Of a DNA stretch of 64,000 bases, positions 35,355 through 44,692 are shown piece after piece. The notes under the pieces are model-generated. The model did not search any database. It was not told the DNA's origin and saw nothing but the letters and a program-made list of their open reading frames with translations. The translations under genes and the position numbers were made by a program. Numbering within the stretch: the stretch's first letter is position 1; each line of letters opens with the position of its first letter. The DNA is from Enterobacter sp. BIGb0383 (lineage in GTDB: Bacteria; Pseudomonadota; Gammaproteobacteria; Enterobacterales; Enterobacteriaceae), in assembly GCF_003751845.1 (NCBI RefSeq), contig NZ_RJKQ01000002.1, forward strand, positions 1,460,668-1,524,667. The letters run 5' to 3'.

Positions 35355-35679
35355 AACAATTTCCCTTCATTGAATGAATGGAGAGTTACCTGAAAAGGAT
35401 CCAGGCGGGGTTGAGTATACACAACTAAAGCAGGCTGTTTGCGGCGTGTCTAAATAGCGAAGGGGTTTTAGGATAAATGAACGGGGAGTAAATTCGGGGT
35501 ATTTTATTGAAGTAAAAACCAAACAAAATCAAATGGATAAAATACAAACATCAACAGCACATATCGGTATATTCCGAAAATGGCAGAAAATAAAACGGTG
35601 GGGTTTTATATTTTTCAGAAAAAGCTCAGCGTTGAATTTCACCTAAGAACACAGGCAACAAGAATCTTCTGATAAAAAT

Positions 35680-35706
35680 AATGCCGGTAATATACCGGCA
35701 TTATTT
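35680..35706 (-). terminator. Rho-independent terminator of pgi
   Basis: GCCGGTATATTACCGGC perfect palindrome followed on the minus strand by ATTATTTTTATC. Confidence 0.8.
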
Positions 35707-35717
35707 ATCAGGTTTAA

Positions 35718-37367
35718 TTAGTCACGCCAGGCCTTATAACGGTTAATTAAGCCATTTGTGGAACTGTCGTGGCTGGCAACCTCTTTACTGTCGCCCAGCT
35801 CCGGCAGAATGCGGTTCGCCAGCTGTTTACCCAACTCTACGCCCCACTGATCGAAGGTGAAGATGTTGAGGATCGCGCCCTGGGTAAAGATTTTATGCTC
35901 ATAGAGGGCAATCAGCGCGCCGAGGCTACGCGGTGTGATATCACGCAGCAGGATGGAGTTCGTCGGACGGTTACCTTCAAACACTTTGAACGGAACGACG
36001 TGGTCCAGCGTGGACGGGTCTTTACCCTGATCGCGATACTCCTGCTCAACCACATCGCGCGCTTTACCGAAGGCCAGGGCTTCAGTCTGGGCGAAGAAGT
36101 TAGACAGCAGCTTCGGATGATGGTCGGACAGCGGGTTATGGGTATTGGCCGGCGCAATAAAGTCGCACGGGACCATTTTGGTGCCCTGATGGATCAGCTG
36201 ATAGAACGCATGCTGGCCGTTAGTGCCCGGCTCACCCCAGATAATCGGACCGGTCTGGTAATCCACAGCGTTGCCGTTGCGATCAACGTATTTGCCGTTG
36301 GACTCCATATTGCCCTGCTGGAAGTAGGCCGCAAAGCGGTGCATATACTGGTCATACGGCAGGATAGCTTCGGTTTCAGCACCGAAGAAATTGTTGTACC
36401 AGATACCGATCAGCGCCAGCAGCACCGGCAGGTTGTGCTCCGCATCGGTCGTCGCAAAGTGCCGATCCATCTCGTGCGCACCGGAGAGCAGTTCAACAAA
36501 GTTGTCGAAGCCCACGGACAGAATGATGGACAGGCCAATGGCGGACCACAGGGAGTAACGGCCACCCACCCAGTCCCAGAATTCAAACATATTGGCGGTG
36601 TCGATACCAAACTCGCCCACCGCTTTTCCGTTGGTGGAGAGCGCCGCAAAGTGTTTTGCCACGTGCTGGTTATCGCCCGCCGTTTTCAGGAACCAGTCGC
36701 GCGCGCTATGGGCGTTGGTCATGGTTTCCTGAGTGGTGAAGGTTTTAGAGGCGACCAGGAACAGGGTGGTTTCCGGGTTCACTTTTTTCAGCACTTCGGC
36801 GATGTGGGTACCATCGACGTTGGACACGAAGTGCATATTGAGATGGTTTTTGTACGGGCGCAGCGCTTCGGTCACCATAAACGGGCCGAGGTCGGAGCCG
36901 CCAATGCCGATGTTCACAACGTCGGTAATCGCTTTGCCGGTGTAGCCTTTCCAGCTACCGGAGATAATGGCTTCGGAGAAGGCTTTCATCTTCTCCAGCA
37001 CCGCATTCACTTCCGGCATGACATCTTTGCCGTCAACCACGATCGGCGTGTTGCTGCGGTTACGCAGCGCCACGTGCAGCACAGCGCGGTCTTCAGTACG
37101 GTTGATCTTCTCGCCGGCGAACATGGACTTAATCGCACCGGCCAGGTCGGTTTCTTTCGCCAGCGCCTGCAGTTTGTTCAGCGTCTCTTCGGTAATGCGG
37201 TTTTTGGAGAAATCGACCAGCATCTGGTCGCCGAAGGTGGCGGAGAACTTGCTAAAACGATCCGCATCTTTCGCGAACAGTTCTGCAATGGTTACGTCTT
37301 TTACGTCGTCATAGTGTTTCTGTAATGCCTGCCAGGCAGCGGTCTGCTTGGGATTGATGTTTTTCAT
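35718..37367 (-). CDS. pgi: Glucose-6-phosphate isomerase
   Basis: 549 aa from ATG 37367 ([21 protein letters not shown]...) as in E. coli Pgi; ORF-track start 37373 is TTG. Confidence 0.97.
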   Translation of the reverse strand: MKNINPKQTAAWQALQKHYDDVKDVTIAELFAKDADRFSKFSATFGDQMLVDFSKNRITEETLNKLQALAKETDLAGAIKSMFAGEKINRTEDRAVLHVALRNRSNTPIVVDGKDVMPEVNAVLEKMKAFSEAIISGSWKGYTGKAITDVVNIGIGGSDLGPFMVTEALRPYKNHLNMHFVSNVDGTHIAEVLKKVNPETTLFLVASKTFTTQETMTNAHSARDWFLKTAGDNQHVAKHFAALSTNGKAVGEFGIDTANMFEFWDWVGGRYSLWSAIGLSIILSVGFDNFVELLSGAHEMDRHFATTDAEHNLPVLLALIGIWYNNFFGAETEAILPYDQYMHRFAAYFQQGNMESNGKYVDRNGNAVDYQTGPIIWGEPGTNGQHAFYQLIHQGTKMVPCDFIAPANTHNPLSDHHPKLLSNFFAQTEALAFGKARDVVEQEYRDQGKDPSTLDHVVPFKVFEGNRPTNSILLRDITPRSLGALIALYEHKIFTQGAILNIFTFDQWGVELGKQLANRILPELGDSKEVASHDSSTNGLINRYKAWRD

Positions 37368-37659
37368 TAGCAATACTCTATTTTGATTTAAAAATGTCGA
37401 CTGAGGTCGATTGTAGCGCCTGACGAATGTTTTGCGATGGATTTTGTGCGCTTACCCCGATGCCCTTTGAAGCCCGGTCAAAAACGCTGCAAACACGAGG
37501 GTTATTAGTCATTTTTCTCGCCGCCCTCCGACCATGAAAAATACGCATAATCGTAACGTTGACTCTCCTGCGCGAACCCTTTATTTATACCTGTGCTATC
37601 TGCTTTATGCAGATAAGTGTATTACCAACGCTTTTCGCGCTAAGAAAGGTGCTGGTAAT

Positions 37660-37885
37660 TGCCAGAAGAGGCGCGTTGTCCAGGTAAAATGTCGAGAAGC
37701 CGGTTCATTGAAGACATTGGAGGGGGAACAACGCCGAGGTGGTGAATGCCCGGCAGCTTTCACTATCGGCTACAGGGGCTGAATCCTCTGGGTTGTCACC
37801 AGAAACGTTCCCGGTCGGTCGTTTCTTGCCCGCGAAAATAACGGATGCGGGCAGACAAGGTGGAGCACTTCTGGGTGTACCGTAG
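37660..37885 (+). ncRNA. Lysine riboswitch (L-box) in the lysC 5' leader
   Basis: AGAAGAGGCGCGTTG...CCGAGGTG...ATCGGCTACAGGGGCTGAATCCTCTGGGTTGTCACCAGAA...GGTGGAGCACTTCTGGGTG closely matches the E. coli lysC leader/L-box conserved segments. Confidence 0.8.
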
Positions 37886-37966
37886 TGGTTTTTCCTTCTG
37901 CGTCTACCCCGTATATCGCTCTTCCCTTGTGCCATGGCTGAATACTTGACACGAGGTTGTATAACA

Positions 37967-39328
37967 ATGAATCACCCAGCTTCATCACTTGTCGTCGCCA
38001 AATTCGGCGGCACCAGCGTGGCCGATTTTGCTGCCATGAACCACAGCGCTAATGTCGTGCTTGCCGATCCGAATACCCGTCTGGTCGTTCTGTCCGCCTC
38101 TGCGGGCATCACCAACCTGCTGGTTGCTCTCGCGGAAGGCCCGGAAGCCACCGAGCGCTTTGTAAAGCTCGACGCCATCCGAAAAATTCAGTTCGATATT
38201 CTTGAGCGGCTCTCTAATCCGAACGTGATCCGCGAAGAGATCGAACGCCTGCTGGAAAATATCACCACCCTGGCAGAAGCCGCATCGCTGGCCACCTCCA
38301 CCGCCCTGACGGATGAACTGGTGAGCCACGGCGAACTGATGTCGACTCTGCTGTTTGTTGAGGTGCTGCGCGAGCGCGGCGTTCAGGCCCAGTGGTTTGA
38401 CGTGCGTAAAGTGATGCGCACCAGCGATCGCTTTGGCCGTGCCGAACCGGACATCGCCGCTCTTTCCGAGCTGGCAACCCAGCAGTTGGCCCCGCGTCTG
38501 GACGAAGGCATGGTGATTACCCAGGGCTTTATCGGCAGCGAAGCCAAAGGCCGCACCACCACCCTTGGCCGCGGCGGCAGCGATTACACCGCCGCCCTGC
38601 TTGGCGAAGCCCTGCACGCCAGCCGCGTGGATATCTGGACCGACGTACCGGGCATCTACACCACCGACCCGCGCGTGGTACCGGCAGCAAAACGCATTGA
38701 TGAAATCGCCTTTGAAGAAGCCGCCGAAATGGCGACCTTCGGCGCGAAAGTTCTGCACCCGGCAACCCTGTTACCGGCCGTACGCAGCGATATTCCGGTG
38801 TTTGTTGGCTCCAGCAAAGATCCGAAAGCCGGTGGCACGATGGTCTGTAATAAAACCGCCAATCCGCCGCTGTTCCGCGCCCTGGCCCTGCGTCGCCGCC
38901 AGACCCTGCTGACGCTGCACAGCCTGAATATGCTGCACTCCCGTGGTTTCCTGGCGGAGGTGTTCGGCATCCTGGCGCGACACAATATCTCCGTGGATCT
39001 GATCACGACCTCTGAAGTGAGCGTGGCGCTGACCCTCGATACGACGGGTTCCACCTCCACTGGCGATACCCTGTTGACCCAGGCGCTGCTCACGGAGCTC
39101 TCTTCGCTTTGCCGCGTTGAAGTGGAAGAGAATCTGGCCCTGATCGCCCTGATTGGCAACAACCTGTCAAAAGCCTGCGGCGTGGGTAAAGAGGTCTTTG
39201 GCGTGCTGGATCCGTTTAATATCCGCATGATTTGCTACGGTGCCTCCAGCTATAACCTCTGTTTCCTGGTACCGGGAACGGAAGCCGAGCAGGTGGTTCA
39301 GACGCTGCACCACAATCTGTTCGAGTAA
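37967..39328 (+). CDS. lysC: Lysine-sensitive aspartokinase III
   Basis: 453 aa from ATG 37967 (MNHPASSLVVAKFGGTSVADFAAMNHSANVVL...) collinear with E. coli LysC; C-terminus ...VQTLHHNLFE. Confidence 0.95.
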   Translation: MNHPASSLVVAKFGGTSVADFAAMNHSANVVLADPNTRLVVLSASAGITNLLVALAEGPEATERFVKLDAIRKIQFDILERLSNPNVIREEIERLLENITTLAEAASLATSTALTDELVSHGELMSTLLFVEVLRERGVQAQWFDVRKVMRTSDRFGRAEPDIAALSELATQQLAPRLDEGMVITQGFIGSEAKGRTTTLGRGGSDYTAALLGEALHASRVDIWTDVPGIYTTDPRVVPAAKRIDEIAFEEAAEMATFGAKVLHPATLLPAVRSDIPVFVGSSKDPKAGGTMVCNKTANPPLFRALALRRRQTLLTLHSLNMLHSRGFLAEVFGILARHNISVDLITTSEVSVALTLDTTGSTSTGDTLLTQALLTELSSLCRVEVEENLALIALIGNNLSKACGVGKEVFGVLDPFNIRMICYGASSYNLCFLVPGTEAEQVVQTLHHNLFE

Positions 39329-39336
39329 AAGAAAAG

Positions 39337-39368
39337 GCCCGGCAGCAGAAGCTTTCCGGGCCTTTTTT
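39337..39368. terminator. Bidirectional terminator between lysC and the rtcB-operon end
   Basis: AAAAGGCCCGG-...-CCGGGCCTTTTTT hairpin flanked by A/T runs on both sides. Confidence 0.75.
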
Positions 39369-40152
39369 ACGCCATCACCGTCTGATACAGCAGATGGTCT
39401 AGCTCCCTGACGTTTCCGCTGCGGCTCTCAGGCAGGGCATCCGCCACTTCCCCTCGTGCCAGCTCTGCCTGGATAAACGCGTGCAGCAGCGGCCTGCGCG
39501 GACCGTACTGTGCTTCCCCGGCTTTCTGCTTTAAAACCAGCAATGCATCTATCTCAGCCCGCAGAGGTGCGGTCAGATCGCTACCGTCAAGCAGCGTGGC
39601 GAAACGCATCGGCGGCATTCCTTTCCCGGCCTCTATCCAGCGAACCGCCAGCAGCGGACGCAGCACGTAGAAATACTTCTTCAGCCGCACCTCTGCATCC
39701 TGCAGGTAGCCACGAAAGTTCTTTTTCGCCATCGAGTAGTAGTGCCAGCGCGCCCTGACCGGTGAAAACCAGTGCGGAACCTGAGCACGCAGCGCGGCCA
39801 GTACCGCATCGTCCTGCTGATAGACCACCGGCGAATCCAGCCACTCGATCAGCGTCGGGTTCGCGCCTTTCAGCAGCCCCAGCGCCTTGCGCCACTCCCA
39901 GCCGCAGACGTCCAGTTCATCGTCTATCGGCAGTTCGATCACATCCCGCTGCGGCTCCACGCGCAGATACCACTTCGGCGGATGTACATATAAAAACCGC
40001 ACGTCGTAGTCGCTATCCGGGGAGGCGAACCCCCAGCCGCGACTGCCGGACTCGCAGGCGTAGAGCACCCTCACGCCATATTTTTTCTCGACCTCCTGCA
40101 ATGCCTGCCTGACGCGTGCGCGCATGGTGGCATCAACACTCTCATATTCCAT
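39367..40152 (-). CDS. Pol-beta-superfamily nucleotidyltransferase (COG3541-like), 261 aa, last gene of the rtcB operon
   Basis: Minimal NTase motif ACESGSRGWGFASPDSDYDVRFLY (GS...D.D); ATG 40152 with AAGGA RBS 5 nt after the rtcB stop; occupies the position of rtcA. Confidence 0.6.
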   Translation of the reverse strand: MEYESVDATMRARVRQALQEVEKKYGVRVLYACESGSRGWGFASPDSDYDVRFLYVHPPKWYLRVEPQRDVIELPIDDELDVCGWEWRKALGLLKGANPTLIEWLDSPVVYQQDDAVLAALRAQVPHWFSPVRARWHYYSMAKKNFRGYLQDAEVRLKKYFYVLRPLLAVRWIEAGKGMPPMRFATLLDGSDLTAPLRAEIDALLVLKQKAGEAQYGPRRPLLHAFIQAELARGEVADALPESRSGNVRELDHLLYQTVMA

Positions 40153-40157
40153 TTCTC

Positions 40158-41387
40158 TTATCCTTTTACACACACCACCTGGCGCAGGGTATGGACCACT
40201 TCGACCAGCGCTGACTGGGCCGTCATCACGGCATCAATGTCTTTGTACGCCATCGGGATCTCATCGATCACGTCGCTGTCTTTACGGCACTCTACGTGCG
40301 CGGTGGCGCGGATCTGATCTTCAACGGTAAAACGTTTTTTCGCGGCGGTACGGCTCATAGTACGTCCCGCACCGTGGCTGCAGGAACAGAAGCTCTCTTC
40401 GTTGCCAAGCCCGCGCACAATAAAGCTTTTCGCGCCCATCGAACCGGGAATAATCCCCATCTGCCCTTTCTGCGCCGAGACCGCGCCTTTACGCGTGACC
40501 AGGACTTCTTCACCAAAGTGCGTCTCTTTCTGGACATAGTTATGGTGGCAATTCACCGCTTCCTGCTGCGTCATAAAGGGCTTAGTGACAATTTTTGATA
40601 GCGCGGCCAATACCCGCGACATCATCACTTCCCGATTATGACGGGCGAAATCCTGTGCCCAATCAACGGCTTCCAGATAGTCGTCATAGTGCAGACTGCC
40701 CTCCTGGAAGTACGCCAGATTTCTGTCCGGCAGGTTGGCAATATGCTGCTGCATATCCTGCTGAGCAAGGGTGATAAACACGTTGCCAATCGCATTACCT
40801 ACGCCACGCGACCCGCTGTGGAGCATCACCCATACCCGCTGCTGCTCATCCAGACAGACTTCAATAAAGTGGTTACCGGTTCCCAGCGTTCCCAGATGCT
40901 GGTGATTATTGGTCTTCAGCAGCTGCGGATATTTATCCGTCAGGCGTTTGAAACGCGGGGCCAGCTGCGCCCAGTGACTGTCCACGATATCTGGCGGCGT
41001 TTCCCACGAACCTTTATCCCGCTTCGAACGGTTCACCGAGCGCCCGTGCGGCACCGCCTGCTCAATCGCGCTACGCAGTCCGCTCAGGTTATCGGGCAGA
41101 TCCCCGGCCAGCAGGGAGGTGCGCACGGCAATCATTCCGCAGCCGATATCCACACCCACCGCCGCAGGGATAATGGCCCCTTTGGTCGGGATCACGCTGC
41201 CGATGGTTGAACCTTTACCGAGATGCACATCCGGCATCACCGCCAGATGTTTGAAGATAAAGGGCATTTTTGCCGTATTCAGAAGCTGCTCCCGCGCCTC
41301 CGGCTCCACGGGCACGCCGTGGGTCCACATTTTTACCGGGGCGCTGTTTTCCTGCGCCATCAGCTGATATTCGTTATGCGCCATCAT
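40158..41387 (-). CDS. rtcB: RNA-splicing ligase RtcB
   Basis: 409 aa from ATG 41387; ENSAPVKMWTHGVPVEPEAREQLLNTAKMPFIFKHLAVMPDVHLGKGSTIGSVIPTKGAIIPAAVGVDIGCGM... ~80% identical to E. coli RtcB; AGGAG RBS. Confidence 0.95.
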   Translation of the reverse strand: MMAHNEYQLMAQENSAPVKMWTHGVPVEPEAREQLLNTAKMPFIFKHLAVMPDVHLGKGSTIGSVIPTKGAIIPAAVGVDIGCGMIAVRTSLLAGDLPDNLSGLRSAIEQAVPHGRSVNRSKRDKGSWETPPDIVDSHWAQLAPRFKRLTDKYPQLLKTNNHQHLGTLGTGNHFIEVCLDEQQRVWVMLHSGSRGVGNAIGNVFITLAQQDMQQHIANLPDRNLAYFQEGSLHYDDYLEAVDWAQDFARHNREVMMSRVLAALSKIVTKPFMTQQEAVNCHHNYVQKETHFGEEVLVTRKGAVSAQKGQMGIIPGSMGAKSFIVRGLGNEESFCSCSHGAGRTMSRTAAKKRFTVEDQIRATAHVECRKDSDVIDEIPMAYKDIDAVMTAQSALVEVVHTLRQVVCVKG

Positions 41388-42516
41388 GCGCTCCTTTAAT
41401 GTTAACAAGACCGTGCAGAACCTGATCCAGACCACCGAAGACCGAGATCTTATCGATGCGTTCCGCAACACGCTCCAGAGTTTCCAGTTCTTTCAGTCGC
41501 AGCGCGACCGGGTTGCTTTCCATCACTTTCGCCGTATTCAGCAGCGAACGGGTCGCGGCCGTCTCTTCCCGGCGGCGGATCACATTTGCCTGCGCCGATT
41601 TTTCCGCCTCCACTAACCGCGACAGGATGGTTTTCATCTCGCCGGGCAGGATGACGTCTTTCACACCCAGCGACGCCACTTCAATACCAAAGGCGGCCAT
41701 ACGTTCTGCAACCTGCACGCTCACCACTTCGTCGATAATTTGCTTATCTTCCAGCAGCTCATCAAGCGTACGCGTGCCCACCGCTTCGCGCAGCGCAAAC
41801 TGCAGCTCGCGATAAAGATGGTCCAGCGGTTTGCTCAGTTGAGCAAAGGCGCTCAGCACGTCGGTATAGCGCCAGTTCGCCGCCAGGTTCAGCCGCAGGG
41901 TCACTTTATCTTTGGTCAGGATCTCCTGACCGCTGACTTCCAGCACCTGCAGGCGCAGATCCACCACCTCAGCCTCGACCAGATGGTTCACCTTCCAGTA
42001 ACCGCTCAGACCTGCCGACAGCAGCGCCTGGGTTTCACCATCCACCTTCAGGACACCGACGTGCCATGCCGGAACCTGAACCGTCAGAATAGTATCGCGG
42101 CCTTTGATACTATTACCGCGCTTCGGCTGCAGTACCGCATTGAGGATCTCAGCGGGTACGCTCACCTCACGCGTATCCAGACGGACCAGCTTTAATGTCT
42201 CATCCGCTTTCCAGTACAGGCGACGGGTCGAAGGTGGCAGGATCTCCTGCAATATGCCGTTGCTGTACAGGGCGCCCGCTTCGTTATCTGTCATATCGGC
42301 CACCAGGCAGTATTGCTCAATCCAGCCCGGCTGGAAGCGACGCAGATACTCAGCCAGTCCGGTTTCCACTTCGCTGCCGTCGAGGTTCACCACCCGCACT
42401 TTCGGCACGCTAAACCATGAAAGACGATGTTCACCGCTTTCCAGAACCTGATAGTAATCGCCCTCTTTTGCCAGTAAGCCCAGCTGACCTTTTCGTATTG
42501 TGATTTTCTTTGTCAT
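41374..42516 (-). CDS. SPFH/band-7 (stomatin/flotillin/HflC-like) domain protein without a predicted TM segment, 380 aa, first gene of the rtcB operon
   Basis: SPFH core ...DKVTLRLNLAANWRYTDVLSAFAQL... and C-terminal coiled-coil EAEKSAQANVIRRREETAATRSLLN...; ATG 42516 with AAGGA RBS preferred over GTG 42549; 3' end overlaps the rtcB start by 14 nt. Confidence 0.65.
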   Translation of the reverse strand: MTKKITIRKGQLGLLAKEGDYYQVLESGEHRLSWFSVPKVRVVNLDGSEVETGLAEYLRRFQPGWIEQYCLVADMTDNEAGALYSNGILQEILPPSTRRLYWKADETLKLVRLDTREVSVPAEILNAVLQPKRGNSIKGRDTILTVQVPAWHVGVLKVDGETQALLSAGLSGYWKVNHLVEAEVVDLRLQVLEVSGQEILTKDKVTLRLNLAANWRYTDVLSAFAQLSKPLDHLYRELQFALREAVGTRTLDELLEDKQIIDEVVSVQVAERMAAFGIEVASLGVKDVILPGEMKTILSRLVEAEKSAQANVIRRREETAATRSLLNTAKVMESNPVALRLKELETLERVAERIDKISVFGGLDQVLHGLVNIKGAHDGA

Positions 42517-42622
42517 TCTGTTTTCCTTAATTTTTGCCTTAACGACCACGGATGCAGGGGCGAAGCCGCAGGGGAAACAACGTTTTGCCTGCGACCCGGC
42601 ATCATTACCGGCGGTCGTGAGA

Positions 42623-42647
42623 GGTCATCGTTAACGGCCCGATGACC
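42623..42647 (-). other. Perfect 8-bp palindromic hairpin in the rtcB-operon leader
   Basis: GGTCATCG-TTAACGGCC-CGATGACC. Confidence 0.5.
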
Positions 42648-42674
42648 GGGTACACCTGTTTATCTCTTTGGATA

Positions 42675-42725
42675 GAGGTGCGCGAATACGGGATTCGAAC
42701 CCGTGGAAACCGACTTTTCGCAAAA
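42675..42725 (-). ncRNA. tRNA-like minihelix (acceptor-stem mimic plus canonical T-arm) in the leader of the SPFH-rtcB operon; Y-RNA-like element
   Basis: Minus-strand 5'-tGCGAAAAgtcggtttccACGGGTTCGAATCCCGTATTCGCgCACC: canonical 5-bp T-stem with 7-nt T-loop TTCGAAT, flanked by a ~7-bp acceptor-like helix (GCGAA/TTCGC) but no D or anticodon arms; lies between the sigma54 promoter and the first ORF. Confidence 0.5.
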
Positions 42726-42832
42726 TGTCTTACCGCTGACGGAACGCCCCCCGGAAAACGGCCTCTGCCGTTCCTGGTGCGCCGGCGGGGTGTGTTACCC
42801 CCTGCTATTCCAGCGTGCTGACGGGAGAGTTA

Positions 42833-42850
42833 TTGCCAGAAGCGTGCCAG
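42833..42850 (-). promoter_or_regulatory. Sigma-54 (-24/-12) promoter driving the SPFH-rtcB-NTase operon
   Basis: Minus-strand cTGGCACGCTTCTGGCAa vs consensus TGGCACG-N4-TTGCW (GG and GC correctly spaced); divergent from the rtcR enhancer-binding-protein gene, same arrangement as E. coli rtcR/rtcBA. Confidence 0.75.
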
Positions 42851-42984
42851 AATTGATAAACAACAGGATTAATTTTTATATAATTGATAATTAATGATTT
42901 TATTTTTAACGCATTGATCTGTCGTTGTCAGGCAACGCTTTATTTTTTATCTTTAGTTATCGCAATTTATCTTCAGGGATAAAA
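42851..42984. promoter_or_regulatory. AT-rich rtcR-rtcB intergenic control region (candidate RtcR UAS / IHF site / rtcR promoter)
   Basis: Direct repeats AATTGATAA (42851 and 42882), inverted repeat CGTTGTCAGGCAACG (~42935-42949); AT-rich unlike flanks. Confidence 0.35.
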
Positions 42985-44571
42985 ATGAAACGTCGCGTAG
43001 TGATTGGCGTACTGGGAACGGTGCTGGATAAGCGTGGAAAACGGCATAATCGCTTCAAAAAATGGCGGCCGACCGTCGGCCTGTGTCAGCAGCCCGATTT
43101 TCCCGTCGACCGTCTTGAGCTTTTGCATCAGCCGCGGGATGCAGGCCTGGCCCGTCAGCTTGCAGAGGATATTGACCAGGTGTCGCCGCAGACCAGCGTC
43201 TGCACGCATTCGGTCGAGATTCACGATCCCTGGGATTTCGAAGAGGTGTACGCTGCCTTTCTTGATTTCGCCAGCCGTTATCCGTTCGATACGGAAAACG
43301 AGGAGTACCTGGTCCATATCACCACCGGGACACACGTCGCGCAGATTTGCTGGTTCCTACTGACCGAAGCCCGCTATCTTCCCGCCAGCCTGCTGCAAAC
43401 CGGCCCCGCACCAAAAGATGCAGCCGACGAGGCCATTGCCGCCGGAAGCTGCTCGGTGATTGACCTTGATTTAAGCCGCTACGCCACCCTGACCAGCCGC
43501 TTTCAACGTGAACAGCAGCAGTCGGTATCGTTTCTTAAATCGGGGATTGATACCCGCAACGCGACCTTTAACCGTCTGATCGACCAGATAGAGCGCGTGG
43601 CGCTACGCTCTACCGCGCCGATATTGCTGACCGGCCCGACCGGTGCGGGCAAATCTTTCCTTGCAAAGCGCATCTTCCAGCTGCGCCAGTCCCGACATCA
43701 GGTTCAGGGTAAACTGGTCGCGGTAAACTGCGCCACCCTGCGTGGGGATAACGCGATGTCGACCCTGTTTGGTCACGTGAAAGGCGCGTTTACCGGCGCG
43801 CTCCAGGCTCGTACAGGACTGCTGCGCGAGGCGGATGGCGGGGTGTTATTTCTCGATGAGATCGCCGAGCTGGGCCTCGACGAGCAGGCGATGCTGCTCA
43901 AGGCCATCGAAGAGAAAACCTTTTTCCCGTTTGGCTCGGATAAAGAAGTCCACAGCGATTTTCAGCTGATCGCAGGGACGCATCGAAATATGCCGCAGTG
44001 GGTCGAAGAAGGCCGTTTCAGGGAGGATTTGTACGCCCGCATCAATATGTGGACCTTCGCGCTGCCGGGACTGGCAGAGCGGCGGGAAGATATCGCCCCG
44101 AATATCGAGTACGAGCTTGAACGCTATGCCCGGGAACAGCAGACGCAAATTCGCTTTGATAAGGGCGCTCGCGAGCGCTATCTGGCCTTTGCCTGCTCGC
44201 CCCATGCCGCATGGAGAGGTAATTTCCGGGAACTGAGTACGTCTATTGCCCGAATGGCGACGATGGCGGAACAGGGACGTATCAATGACGACCTGGTCGA
44301 CGAGGAGCTGCAGCGCTTAACGTATCACTGGCAGGCGTCGCCTGAGCAAACCACCCTGCCGGTGGATCTGAGTACGCTCGATCTTTTTGACCGCCACCAG
44401 CTTGAAACGGTGGTGGCCGTCTGTCGACGCTGCCATACATTGTCGGAGGCCGGGCGTGAGCTGTTTTCCGTCTCACGGCAGAAGAAAGCAAACCCCAATG
44501 ATGCCGATCGTCTGCGCAAGTATCTCGCCCGTTTTGGCCTGAGCTGGGAGAGCGTGCGCGGCGCAACATAA
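42985..44571 (+). CDS. rtcR: RtcR sigma-54-dependent transcriptional activator (CARF sensor domain - AAA+ - HTH)
   Basis: 528 aa from ATG 42985 (MKRRVVIGVLGTVLDKRGKRHNRFKKWRPTVGLCQQ...) collinear with E. coli RtcR; Walker A GPTGAGKSFLA; GAFTGA sigma54-interaction motif; C-terminal DADRLRKYLARFGL. Confidence 0.93.
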   Translation: MKRRVVIGVLGTVLDKRGKRHNRFKKWRPTVGLCQQPDFPVDRLELLHQPRDAGLARQLAEDIDQVSPQTSVCTHSVEIHDPWDFEEVYAAFLDFASRYPFDTENEEYLVHITTGTHVAQICWFLLTEARYLPASLLQTGPAPKDAADEAIAAGSCSVIDLDLSRYATLTSRFQREQQQSVSFLKSGIDTRNATFNRLIDQIERVALRSTAPILLTGPTGAGKSFLAKRIFQLRQSRHQVQGKLVAVNCATLRGDNAMSTLFGHVKGAFTGALQARTGLLREADGGVLFLDEIAELGLDEQAMLLKAIEEKTFFPFGSDKEVHSDFQLIAGTHRNMPQWVEEGRFREDLYARINMWTFALPGLAERREDIAPNIEYELERYAREQQTQIRFDKGARERYLAFACSPHAAWRGNFRELSTSIARMATMAEQGRINDDLVDEELQRLTYHWQASPEQTTLPVDLSTLDLFDRHQLETVVAVCRRCHTLSEAGRELFSVSRQKKANPNDADRLRKYLARFGLSWESVRGAT

Positions 44572-44629
44572 AAGATCTTCACCATAATAAGTTTGAATAT
44601 TATTCCTTAGCACGATAAACAATACCGAT

Positions 44630-44657
44630 GGCCGGGCTCGATCCCGGCCTTTTTTAT
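44630..44657 (+). terminator. Rho-independent terminator of rtcR
   Basis: GGCCGGGCTCGATCCCGGCC hairpin + TTTTTTAT. Confidence 0.8.
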
Positions 44658-44692
44658 AAAAAACACAACACAACGATCGCAAGGAAAACATA

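Noticed and set aside
42675-42725. Possible bona fide tRNA gene (perfect TTCGAAT T-loop and GGGTTCGAATCCCG T-arm on the minus strand)
   Set aside because: Only ~11 nt separate the acceptor-like 5' strand from the T-arm, so there is no room for D and anticodon arms, and there is no encoded CCA. It is treated as a tRNA-like minihelix or ncRNA module, not a tRNA gene.
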